The position numbers were made by a program, and so were the translations under genes. 59,827 nucleotides of DNA from NCBI GenBank assembly GCA_001600815.1, contig BCKZ01000003.1, positions 372,001 to 431,827 on the forward strand. The letters are read 5' to 3'. How positions within the stretch are numbered: position 1 is the stretch's first letter; each line of letters opens with the position of its first letter. Source of the stretch: Alloascoidea hylecoeti. Its lineage: Eukaryota. Positions 26,506 through 37,781 of the stretch are shown piece by piece. The notes under the pieces are model-generated. The model saw nothing but the letters and a program-made list of their open reading frames with translations. It searched no databases and had not been told where the DNA came from.

Positions 26506-28295
26506 TAGTATTTAACAATAAAACTCCCATTCGTAAGTCGGATTAGGTATTGATAAGTATTCCACTTCTCCATCCTTTCTTTTCCACACTTTCAAGAGTT
26601 AAAATAACAATATATTATTTAGAGCCACAAACACATACACAATAAATTTGTTTCTAATTGGCAAAAATTAATCTCTGAGAATGGCTGCTGTTAGTAAAAA
26701 TTATTTGGACTTACTATTATTATCAGTCGCTATAAAGCTATTGCCAGAAAGTAATTGGCAATATAATGTGGCCACTGAGAAAGTCCAAATAAATGAACTT
26801 CCACGAATATTAACTGGTATCAGAACACTATATGACGCTCATTTTAATACCACGTACAATGATATAGAAGGACATGATATGATAGATATAGTTTTCGTAT
26901 TTGCACAAAAGTATGTTATCCAAGATACTCTAGGAAAAGGCTGCATATGATTTGGACAAATGAATATGTCTCGTTAAAAATTTCGAAATCGATACTTTCA
27001 AATTGCAATCACAATACACAGTTTACTATTCTCAATATCTTGAAAGAAATTAGAATATTGATGAAATTATCCCAAGATGGAAAATCCAAACAAAATGGGT
27101 GTTTGGAAATGAAAGATTATTGTCTATAATACAGTGTCTGCATTGTTTCGGACTTATTGGGGGAAAGCTTGGATACATATATGACCAATACAATTATACA
27201 ATATGTGTCTTAGTTGTTATATGGTATGGCTAGTGGTTATAACTTGTTAGAGCTCCAATCGATTATAGAGCAATTGATTGAATCAATTGCATTCATTCAC
27301 GATAGGGGAATAATTCATATTGATCTAAAGTTAGATAACATTCTACTAAAAAATTCAAATTCATTTTTTCCCATGACACTGGATTCACTAGAAGAAAACT
27401 TCCGATAGATTCATCGATCACATTTATTGATTTTGGTTTAGCCGTGTTTGAAGAAGAATACCATCCCCAGGCGGTGCCTGCTCAATCAAGCTTCTAAAGT
27501 TATACTTGGAACAGGATGGCTTACCCTTATGACATGTGGTGTGCATTGGATGCTTGATATGTTAGAACTAATTGTTCGGAATTGGATACCTCTTTTGTAT
27601 CTGGTGACATCGCTAAACAATAGTTATTATCTGTATATTATTATATATATATATATCTGTTCTATAAAAACAAGTAGAAATGGCTGACTATATAGTAAGT
27701 ACTAAACAAGATCTTCCACTACTACCTCAACTGATACAAAGAAGAAGGGGGAAAAAAAGGAAAAAATTAAAAAAATTAAATTTATTAATTAAATTATCTA
27801 CAATTTTTAAATTTCAAATTACAAATTTTCAAGTGTTAAAATGTCAAATCAAAACTTAATTTTATTTTTAGGATGAAATAATGCCTTTTTAATGGTTCAA
27901 TATCACATTTTTCTTTTTAAAAAAGCCTCAGTTCATAACTGATCACGACAAAAACGAACTTTCATAAAGATAATCTAATCCTTAATATCTAACACTAATC
28001 ACTGGTAAAGAATTATTCGATATATAGGAAGATGGAGTTAGAGTTTACAAGCATCTCGCGATGATCAAGAGAAGATTTTCAAAAAATAGATCCGTAATAT
28101 GATTACAAACTTGATCCAGATAAAATCGAAAGAATCTCGGTATTTTGTCTTTGATTATCATCCAACTGCGACTGGACCTACTTTTCCCTATGTATTAAAC
28201 TTCCCAAATACAAATTCATCGTCAGAGTCTAAGCAGTGATCTGAAATAAAATATCTTAATGAAGTATTTGAAGGAATAAAATTATCATTTTTAAG
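25837..28295. repeat. High-identity inverted repeat of ~300 bp: 25837-26142 vs 27994-28295
   Basis: The 242 bp core (25901-26142 vs 27994-28235) reads as a near-exact reverse complement with scattered substitutions, and similarity continues ~60 bp further. Confidence 0.9.
26681..28295 (+). pseudogene. LAMMER/Kns1-like kinase pseudogene, inverted relative to the 25704-26505 copy
   Basis: NDIEGH...FAQKYVIQDTLGKG; EYVSLKI...KEIRILMKL...CLEMKDY; CIVSDLLGESL; LIESIAFIHDRGIIHIDLKLDNILLKN; IDFGLAVF; VILGTGW; then LITGKELF...KHLAMIKR at 27995-28072. Multiple stops and frameshifts, with unrelated sequence at about 27580-27990. Confidence 0.85.
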
Positions 28296-28864
28296 CTGTT
28301 GTTGTTAGAGTGTTTGGCCCACAGTTTGGAACTATATTTATTATTAATTTTTGTCTGACCAGAAAATTGGAGAGCGTTTGGACTGAGTGCTAGAAATATG
28401 TCAGACACCTTTGAACTTGTGATATTTGCAGTTATGGTGGTTAATAATGATATTTGGTGAAGGAAAAACCATGTGTAAGTTTTATAAGTATAGTCTAGCT
28501 TAAAATAATAGGACAAACTGCACCTGCTGCTATTGCTGATCTGATATTGTAGATGTAAAATTTACTGACCATTTATCTGTTGACACATTAAGATTGAGTG
28601 TTCCAGCGAGGAAAGTGTCTGTGAAAGTTGTGATATGCACGTAGTAATCAAAGAAAGATCTGACGTAAGAAAAATCCTTGCTGATTAATTACTCTTATAT
28701 TTGTTAACCTCACATTGAGTGGCAATGACTAGTTGACATAGTTTTTCTCTTTGCAAGAGTAATAACAATGTAATAACTCTTAACAGCTAGGATGTGTCGT
28801 GGGTTTTTTAAGCTGATGAGAAGAAATTGATATGTGAATAGTGAGTATCGTATGTCTGTAAATA

Positions 28865-29495
28865 TAATTTTATACTCACAACGTATAATGATTTAATAAA
28901 TTTTACGAAAATAACAACTGAAAAGTATATTGAAGAAACTATATTAATCTAAATTAGATTTAAATGCTCAATAGAGTCATCATCGACCTCCTCATCAGTA
29001 GGAAAAGACGTTTACGAGCTTGACCTATTTGAAAAAGCAAATATTCTCAGATTCACAGTTAGGCACCATCAGGGTAAAATTTGGCAACTACTTTTCACCA
29101 GTTGAAATTAGTTCATTGAAAGCTGTTTTTTCTAATAATGATTCAAGCTCAAGGAACATCACTCTCATCATCATTAATGTTACCTCGAATAACTCTTCGA
29201 GAAAGTAAAGGATTTCCATCATTAATAGTGTATTCATATGTCAGACTTATTCTATGAATTGTTAATGGAAACGGGATTATATTAAATAGTTGAAGCGACT
29301 AATTCAACTAGCTCTGCATGAGTAACAGGAGTGATTGTATCATTATATCTATAAGTTTAAAACAGTATCCAATAATTTCATTATAATCTTTTTCATTCCC
29401 AAAACAGTTAAGATTATCTTAAAAATTGGGATGAATATCATTGCCATCATAATTATTAGCAATCGTTAACAAAATCTTTATCAATATAACGGGTG
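28865..29495 (-). pseudogene. Nearly full-length degraded copy of the acidic orphan gene plus its 3' flank
   Basis: Minus strand gives YIDKDFVND, ANNYDGNDIHPNF, ITPVTHAELVELVAST, YEYTINDGN.LLSRRVIRG, ELESLLEKTAFNELISTG, KVVAKFYPDG and LTVNLRIFAFS, colinear with the 237-aa ORF. The 3' flank matches about 36720-36800. Confidence 0.85.
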
Positions 29496-30743
29496 ATAAT
29501 AAGGAAAGGTTTGAAACTTGAGAGAAGTATACTTGCTTATAAGCTTAAGGGGTTTTATAAAGGGCAATCTGGACTTCTGTGAATTTAGAGATTTGACCAT
29601 CAGACTTCTTTTGTTAATATTGAAGTCAATATTATATATTAATAACCCATAACTTTAGCAGGCAGATTTATTTCTCTTGAAAAATTGATATCAATGTTAC
29701 TTGAATGAAAATAAGAAATAAAACAAGCTCTGCTAAAAATAAGGAGATTGTTCAAAGATCATCATTTGGCAAAACTACCCCAACATTGGAGTAGAAAAAT
29801 ACTGGAAATTCCCCAATAAATAGCTGTGCATTAATTGAAATATTCTATGTTGTGATACAATGAAAATAGAAGAACAAAAGAAATAGAAAGGATTCTAAAA
29901 AAATGACAACCCATAGTAACTTATGCGTACATGTAACTTATAAATACAAATACAGCAATATAATATGCACATGGACAAACACAAACTTATCCAAAACTCT
30001 TGATATTTGATTGATGGTATCATGTAATCATCCACCTCAATATATCTACAAAAAGTTCAAAAACACAGTGACTTTTATTAGGCAGATATATGAACTTTAG
30101 TATTATAATGAGAAGCGGAATTCACCAATTATGATTATTAGTAGATTTTAAGACGAGCAAACTTGTCTCCCAAATTTTGGCCTACACACACGAACACTTC
30201 GAAAAATTTCTTCCGATGTGGGGGATTAGATATTGATCAGATTATGATCACGAGAAACTATGTATAGCATTCCAGAGCTGTTATCTTTAATTTTTAGAAA
30301 TGTGTCTTTTATGGTTAACGCTGAAATTGGAATTTTTCACGTCATTTTTTTTATGAATTGTTCCCTTCATGATAAGATAACGTTTTGAATTATAATGAAG
30401 ATATACTAAACCAATCTACATACTTTAAAAGTGAATAAAGAATTTTTTTAAAAAAAATTATTTTTGTTATTTATGAACAAGTATTTAATATTTTGGATAT
30501 TCTCAATAATTTAATGATATACTACTAATTTTAGGACAAAGAAAGTTGAAATCACGACTTGCGTGATGTTGTGTGGTGAAAGTTTAAGTTTGGTTATAAA
30601 CTTAAAAGTTATATGATTACAGAAGATTGTTCAATGTTATACCTAAGTACTAAAGAAGTGAAAGTGTAAGATTAAAATAATTGGTGCTTACAAGCTATAA
30701 GTTAGATTGAAAGATGTATCAAATTTCTTTTTCAAAAGAAAAT

Positions 30744-32584
30744 TCAATCATCTTCTTCAACTTCATCAATTGAATTAATTAGTTTTAACGCCATGTGTTT
30801 AACTTCATCTTCTAAATCCATAACATCTAAATAATCAACAAATTGAAAAATAATATCATGAAATCCAAATTCTAAACAATTTAAAATTAAATCAATAATT
30901 TTTAAATTAATTTTATTTTTTTCATTTTTGATTAATAATTCTTTTGATTTAATATCACTCCAATGAATTTCATTTATAAAATATGATGAAGATTTAAATT
31001 TTTTTAAAATAATTATAAAATTTTTAAAATTTTTTAAAATAAATGATATATCATTCTGTAAAATACCAAATTTATCTTCATCATATGATCTAATAGTTAA
31101 AAAAGATAATGATAAAATTGCTAAATTTAAAATTTTAAAATTTCTTTTTTTGTTGGTATTATTAATTTTTTTTTTAATATTTCTTTGAATTGTTTTTCTA
31201 AATAATATACCAATTGAAGATTTTAAAAAATTATTAATTAAATTTGAATTTAAATAATAATTATTTATATATTTTTTAAAAATTTGAAAAGAATTAATTA
31301 AATAATTTAAAACAAATTTTGATTTAATTGCTTTTGGATCTTGAAATTGAATTAATATTTTATGAGTTGTTTCTGATTTTTCAGGTAAAAAAATATTTTT
31401 TTTAATTGGATTATTTAATTCAGTATTTTGTTTATTATTAATATTTTGTAAATTTTTTATTGATTTGTTATTATTAATTTTATTTGATTTGATTGATTTT
31501 TCAATTTCATTTTTAGAACCATCAATTACATCAATACATTCCTTTAGAATACTTTTCCAAATAGTAATTGGTCTTTCAATATCTTTAAATATGGTAATTC
31601 TTCTTTTTTTATCATTTATTGAAATATAATATAATTCTTGAAATGCCATTAGTCTAGTGAAAGGATTTTTATAATTTTTCAGACCAGTTATTAAAGTACC
31701 ATTTGGATCATTTGATTTTGAAGTTAATAATTTACCATGATGCAAACAGCCCATTGATATGTATGCAGTGAAACTTAAATTTGTAAATTCCCATAACCAA
31801 ATCAGTAAAATTGAAGATGATAATTGGAATATAAAAGTGTTGAATTGAATTGGAGAAGATGACAGATAGTTGCTATTAGGTAATTTGAAAAAGAGTCTTA
31901 AGATGCAAAGAGATTTGGACCGAATTGATTTTCTATTAACTAAATAAAGTATTGGGAAAGTCAGGTTGATAAATAGGGATACTGCCAATGCACGTTTTGA
32001 AACATGAAATATGTTTGATTGGAGTAAGAATTTTGGGCTTGTCTACGGAGATGTTAGGATCTGATGAAGATGAATATATGAATATGTATACTTACCGCAG
32101 GGGTTAAAGCGAAAGGTAAAGTGTTGAAATCCAGAAACACGTGCAGCAACGAAAACACCAAAGGGACGTAGAACACGAAACAGAAGAAGTAAACGCACTG
32201 CTCCCCAGCAACAGTGAACGCCAGGCCGGTTGGAATGGAGCAGTAGAAAACCGCCGAAGAAAAGACCAGGGAACACAGAGCCCACAGAAACTGCTTGCTG
32301 GCGACAGAATGGCACATCTGCGAAAACAGCGTCGGCCGGGTGTCTTGGGAGACCCGAATGAACGACTTCCGGTACACGAGCACCGCAAACAGGGCCGCGA
32401 AAATGGGGGGGGTCCGCAGCACCCAGGTGCACCCGCGCCCACACAGCACGCCGACCCCAAGCGACACCGCCAAAAGCATCCGGCACAGACGCGAAAACCG
32501 GACCGACAGAACCTCTGCCAGCACCGAGCTGTACTCGGCCGCCGGCATTCTGTGAGCCGCTGGTCGTGGGTGTCTTCGTTGCAT
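30744..32584 (-). CDS. NDC1: Nucleoporin/SPB membrane protein Ndc1; 2 exons (32584-32096, 32042-30744)
   Basis: A 53-nt intron (GTAAGT...CCTAAC...TAG) joins a multi-TM exon in frame to SMGCLHHGKLLTSKSNDPNGTLITGLK...AFQELYYIS...RRITIF and SYDEDKFGILQ. The start could instead be the Met at 32548. Confidence 0.85.
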
Positions 32585-32633
32585 TTGGGTGTTTCAGCTT
32601 TCACGAAAAGAGTTTGGGAAACTTAAATCCCGG

Positions 32634-32692
32634 CGTGTCACATGACGCCGCGTGTCACATGACCGCCGCACGTGCCTCGCTCTGCGACGCGT
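32634..32692. promoter_or_regulatory. NDC1/RAD52 divergent promoter motif cluster: 2x GTCACATG, CACGTG and an MCB (ACGCGT)
   Basis: cgtgtcacatgac repeats at 32634 and 32651; CACGTG at 32669-32674; ACGCGT at 32687-32692. Confidence 0.6.
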
Positions 32693-32748
32693 GGATATTA
32701 CTAAAATATATATACAAATACAAATACACATACAAATACACCCAAAAC

Positions 32749-34440
32749 ATGCAAAACTGGCTCCCGCACGAAATATCAAACATCGAGAGGCTGCTGGTCC
32801 GTGGGCTGGGCCCGGAGTACATATCCCAGCGCCCGGCCCCAGGTGGCGGAAGAGTGCCTTACTTGGAAGGACGTAAAGCCATAGAACTGGCAAACGATCT
32901 ATTTGGTTTCAATGGCTGGAGATCCGAAGTCAGAAACGTCCAAGTCGATTATTTCGATGACCACGATAAACAAGGTCCATACGATTTGGGTTTATCTGCT
33001 ACTGTTCGTGTTACTTTAAAAGATGGCTCGTATCATGAAGATATCGGCTATGCCCATGCTGAAAATGTTGATACTCGGTTTATGGCTTTTGAAAAATGTA
33101 AGAAAGAAGCTGTTACTGATGGAATGAAAAGAGCGCTACGATGTTTTGGTAATGTTTTAGGGAATTGTCTTTATAATCGGAATTTCACAAAAGAAGTATT
33201 AAAGATGCCTTGTTCTTCTGTATGTCTCTTCTTTTACTTCTGTTATTTGTGATTTGGTTCTAACCCTTCACTTTTTCTTCTTCTTTTCTTGTAGCATAAA
33301 ATCGATCTTGATAATTTATATCGTCAGCCTGAACTTGCATCTAACCCCCACTCACATTTATCCTCAATAACATCCACAACATCCACAACATCAACATCTT
33401 CATCAACAATTCAAAACATTCAAAATACAAACTCAAATTTAAAAACAAATCAAACCACTCATATCTCAAAATCTATGAAATCTCCATCTCCTGAATCCAT
33501 TCAAGATAATTTCGATTATGATTTTAGAAGTGAAGATATACTAGATCCTGAATTTGATCTAGCGGGAATAGATGAATATGATGAAGAATTATCAATTGAA
33601 AATGAACTACCTAGTCAAATATCTAAAATATCACAACCAACAACTAATAATGATAGCATACAAATAACAGAGAATCATAATCAAAACATACTCCCATCAA
33701 TAAAAACCCCAATAAAACCACCAATAGAAATAGTTACACCAATACGATTTTTCAGTGCAAGAGCAGCAGAAGCAGTACAAAACAATTCTCCAATACCATC
33801 TAAAAATTTATTTAATCCATCTTTTCAAAGTCCTTCAATGCGTAGAACTTTAGATCAATCAAAGTCTGCACCTATTAAAAGAACTCAAATTGAATCATTA
33901 TTACCTTCTCAATCTCCATCTCAATTAACAACAACATCACCATCTATTGTAAGAACATTAGATCAATCAAAATCTGCCCCTGTTAAAAAATCTCAAGTTG
34001 AATCATTATCATTATCATTATCATTAGCTACTCAATCTCAATCAAAAAATATAATATCTCCATCTCCATCATCTGTTTCAACTAAACCATTACCATCATC
34101 AAACTCATCCACCGGTACAAGCACTACACCTACAACTACGAACACAACTACAAATGATATTTCTCCTAGTTCCCAAGCCCCACAACTTTCAACCAAAAAC
34201 AACATAACAAAGAGTCAAGACCATGTTCCATCATTTGATAATCCAAGATTAACACCAAATAGAATGATAGGAATGCCTCCAAATCGTTCAAGAAGAGGAA
34301 GATATAATAATGGTGGTCCATTAAATGAAATTAATCCTTCAATAATTAATAAATTTATTACAAAAAAGAATAATTTTAAATTGAATGGAAAGAATAATAA
34401 TGAAATAATTGAACCAGAAACTAAAAAGGCAAGAATTTAA
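32749..34440 (+). CDS. RAD52: Recombination mediator Rad52; 2 exons (32749-33219, 33295-34440)
   Basis: LGPEYISQRPAPGGGRVPYLEG...ANDLFGFNGW...YHEDIGY...AFEKCKKEAVTDGMKRALRCFGNVLGNCLY. The intron GTATGT...CTAAC...TAG keeps the frame. The C-terminus has FFSARAAEAVQ...FNPSFQSPSMRRTLDQSKS. Confidence 0.95.
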
Positions 34441-34659
34441 AATGATATAAGTATGAGTATGTGAGTTTTGAATTGTGATGAAAGTGCTTGGGAAATTAAA
34501 TTATAACTTTTTGCATATTTTTTGCATATAATATAATAAAAAAAAAAACACCCTATATAAATATTCATTTCTAGATATTTGATTTTTAATTATAAAACTT
34601 GATTATATATACTATTAAAGCTATTATAAAATTTGTATTACCTTAAATTTTTAAATATG

Positions 34660-34717
34660 TTTTGATTTTGATTTTGATTTTGATTTTGATTTTGATTTTG
34701 ATTTTGATTTTGATTTT
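34660..34717. repeat. (TTTTGA)n hexanucleotide microsatellite
   Basis: About nine consecutive ttttga units upstream of UBA3. Confidence 0.9.
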
Positions 34718-34815
34718 AAGCTCTACATCCAATGATCTTACAAACACCAACATTGATTAATCATCCCTTCGAATCACCCATAACATAAGCTTACAACATA
34801 ACAAAACATAACAAA

Positions 34816-36361
34816 ATGAGAAGGTATGGATAAATCTTATATTCCCTTTGTGCCCACTGATCTTCAATTCACTAACTGAGACTTATGATTGATATAGTGA
34901 AGTTTCGCTAGAACCTTTTTTAACTAGGCCAGGACCATTCACAGAGGAAGAGTTTGAACCAGAACAAGTTTCTGATTTCTTACACAACTCCAAGATTTTG
35001 TAAGTATTTATATTAATATTAATATTAATATTAATATTCATATTCAAATGAAATAAAAATCTAATGCTTTATAATTTATTTCTTTAGAATTATTGGTGCA
35101 GGTGGTTTAGGATGTGAACTTTTAAAAGATCTTTCGTTATCAGGTTTTAAAAATATTCACATAATTGATATGGACACAATTGATTTATCAAATTTAAATC
35201 GACAATTTTTATTTCGTCCAGAAGATATAGGTAAATCAAAAGCAATAGTTGCATCTCAATTTATTCAAAAAAGAATTAAAGATATTTCAATTACTCCATA
35301 TTTTGGAAAAATTCAAGATAAACCATCATCATATTATAAACAATTTAGAATTATTATATGTGGCTTAGATAGTGTCGAAGCAAGAAGATGGATTAATGCA
35401 ACTTTAGTACAATTGGTTGATGATGATGATCCTGAATCAATTATACCTATTATTGATGGTGGTACTGAAGGGTTTAAAGGTCAGTCAAGAGTTATATTAC
35501 CAACTATTTCTTCTTGTTATGAATGTTCTCTAGATATATTGGGTGCAAAGAAAACTTTCCCTATTTGTACTATTGCTAATACTCCAAGATTACCTGAACA
35601 TTGTATTGAATGGTGTAGTCAAATTGCATGGCCAAAAAATTTCCCAGGTATGTTTCCCCTTCTTCTTCATCATTGTTTTAAAAATCAATAATATTAACAT
35701 TAAAAATAGATATAAAACTCGATTCTGATAATCCTGAACATGTAAACTGGATCTTTGAAACTGCAACTTCTCGAGCAAAAGAATTTAATATATCAGGTAT
35801 AACATATTCATTAACACTAGGAGTTATTAAAAATATAATTCCATCAATTGCATCAACAAATGCAATAATTGCTGCTTCATGTTCAAATGAAGCATTAAAA
35901 TTAATAACTGCTTGTAATCCAATTTTAAATAATTATATGATGTATTCTGGTAATGATTCAATTTATGCTTATACTTTTGAACATATGAAAAGGAAAACTT
36001 GTCCTGTTTGTGGAAATATTGCAATTAAATTTATTGCTAATGATGAATGGACATTAGATGAATTTATTGAAAAGATTTCAATTGATCAAAATATGTGAGC
36101 ATTTCTTTACATTTATTGTTTCATTAAATATCATATTTTTACTAACTTTTTTTTTTTTTTATATATAGTGTTTTGAAAAATCCATCATTAAGAACTGCTA
36201 CAAATACTTTGTATATGGCAGCTCCACCAGATTTAGAAGAACAAACGCGGTCAAATCTTCAAAAACAAATTAAAGAATTAATTATGAATGGTGAAGAGGT
36301 TGTTATTACAGATTTATCATTACCTATTTCATCTAGAATTATAGTTTATTTTAAAAAATGA
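34816..36361 (+). CDS. UBA3: NEDD8/Rub1-activating enzyme E1 catalytic subunit; 5 exons (34816-34823, 34898-34999, 35088-35647, 35710-36094, 36169-36361)
   Basis: Spliced in frame: LTRPGPF...[65 protein letters not shown] (catalytic Cys), [20 protein letters not shown], and the E2-binding domain LKNPSLR. Confidence 0.92.
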
Positions 36362-36806
36362 AAATTAATTAATGTCAACGTTGTTTGTTGTTGATGATGG
36401 CTCAGTTGTTTATACTTATATAAAGATATATTCTAGGAATTGATAATATAAATTAATCTTAAGATAATTATAGGAAATTTGCTAGATATATGCTCAACAG
36501 TTGCTTCATAGAGTGGAAACTATATTGATATCACATACTGTAAACAATAGTATGTAGATTAAAGTACAAAATATTATATAAGTCTGAAAGCAGTGACAAA
36601 TATTATGACATCAATAACAACTTTGATATAAATTTAAAGGCTGGTAATAAAAGCTTTTGTTCCATCAAAGTCTTCCGATCCATAGATTTCTCAAGTGACA
36701 GATATACTTATCTACATGTAATTTTATACACTTACACGGTATATTGATTATTAAAGGTTATAAAAATAACAATTTCAAATTATATTAAAGAAGTCCTATT
36801 TATAAT

Positions 36807-37520
36807 TTATATATCTAAATTAAATGTAAGTTCTCGTTCAATGGATTCATCAGGGGATAAATACGAAATTAATCCCATTGAAAAAGGGAATATTTTCAAT
36901 NTAACAGTTATTGACCCATTATAACCATTAGGATAAAATTTAGAAACTACATTTTGAAAATCACCAGTCGAAATTTCTTCTTCAAGAGCTACTTTTTCTA
37001 TCAACGATTCTAGTTCCTTGAACTCGGAATCACTCTCATTATTGGTATCACCAGGAGTGACTCTTCGAGAAAGTTTAGTATTGTCATCTANTATAGTGTA
37101 CTCATATGGCACAGTTACTTTGCGATTGTTGGTGGAAGTAGGGGTATTGAAAAGGATATCGACATCAGCGTCGATAGGAACTGAAGGAGTTGAAACAACT
37201 GATTCAACTGAATCAACAGTAATAACCGGAGTAACTGGAGTGATGGGAGTAACTGGAGTGATGGGAGTAACTGGTGTTGGTTTAATATCATTATATTTAT
37301 AATTATTACGATAATGATATCCAATATCGTAGTTCTCGTTGTCGTCCTCATCATCTTCATAGTAGTCAAGGTCACCCTCATAATTACGATGAATGTCATA
37401 ATCATCATAATTAGCAGAATCATTATCAAAATCATTATCAAAATCATTATCAAAATCATTATTGATATAAGATTCCGGTTCAGTTGAGCTTTTTTGTGCG
37501 GTAGGAAGTCTGTAAAACAT
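36807..37520 (-). CDS. Unknown 237-aa acidic protein, left palindrome copy
   Basis: Open ATG-to-stop ORF with two N codons: D/N/Y-rich N-terminus, TP(V/I) repeats and a ~100-aa globular-looking C-terminus. Amino-acid conservation with the 28865-29495 copy supports coding status. Confidence 0.6.
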   Translation of the reverse strand: MFYRLPTAQKSSTEPESYINNDFDNDFDNDFDNDSANYDDYDIHRNYEGDLDYYEDDEDDNENYDIGYHYRNNYKYNDIKPTPVTPITPVTPITPVTPVITVDSVESVVSTPSVPIDADVDILFNTPTSTNNRKVTVPYEYTIXDDNTKLSRRVTPGDTNNESDSEFKELESLIEKVALEEEISTGDFQNVVSKFYPNGYNGSITVXLKIFPFSMGLISYLSPDESIERELTFNLDI

Positions 37521-37626
37521 AATGGATGATATTATTATGATCCAATATTGAGTGATGATGAAGAGTTGAACATTCTGATAGAAGTTTAGTTGTATTTAAC
37601 AAATTGAAATTTTAATTTGAGTCCTG

Positions 37627-37675
37627 CACGTGATGATANNNNANTTNNTNNNANNAANTNNNNTATCATCACGTG
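37627..37675. promoter_or_regulatory. Pair of Cbf1/CDEI-type ATCACGTG sites flanking the palindrome centre
   Basis: CACGTG at 37627-37632 and 37670-37675, each in ATCACGTG context, about 107 bp upstream of each ATG. Confidence 0.5.
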
Positions 37676-37781
37676 CAGGACTCAAATTAAAATTTCAATT
37701 TGTTAAATACAACTAAACTTCTATCAGAATGTTCAACTCTTCATCATCACTCAATATTGGATCATAATAATATCATCCATT

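Noticed and set aside
28530..28680. hAT-like motif LNVSTDKWS on the minus strand
   Set aside because: One motif only; no other hAT blocks recognised.
32043..32893. Several overlapping 74-166 aa ORFs on both strands
   Set aside because: By-products of the GC island, where stop codons are scarce; NDC1 exon 1 and RAD52 explain the region.
37627..37675. Point centromere suggested by CDEI-like ATCACGTG
   Set aside because: No CDEIII-like CCG element at the expected distance, and the motif also occurs in ordinary intergenic regions (1555, 41711, 49180).
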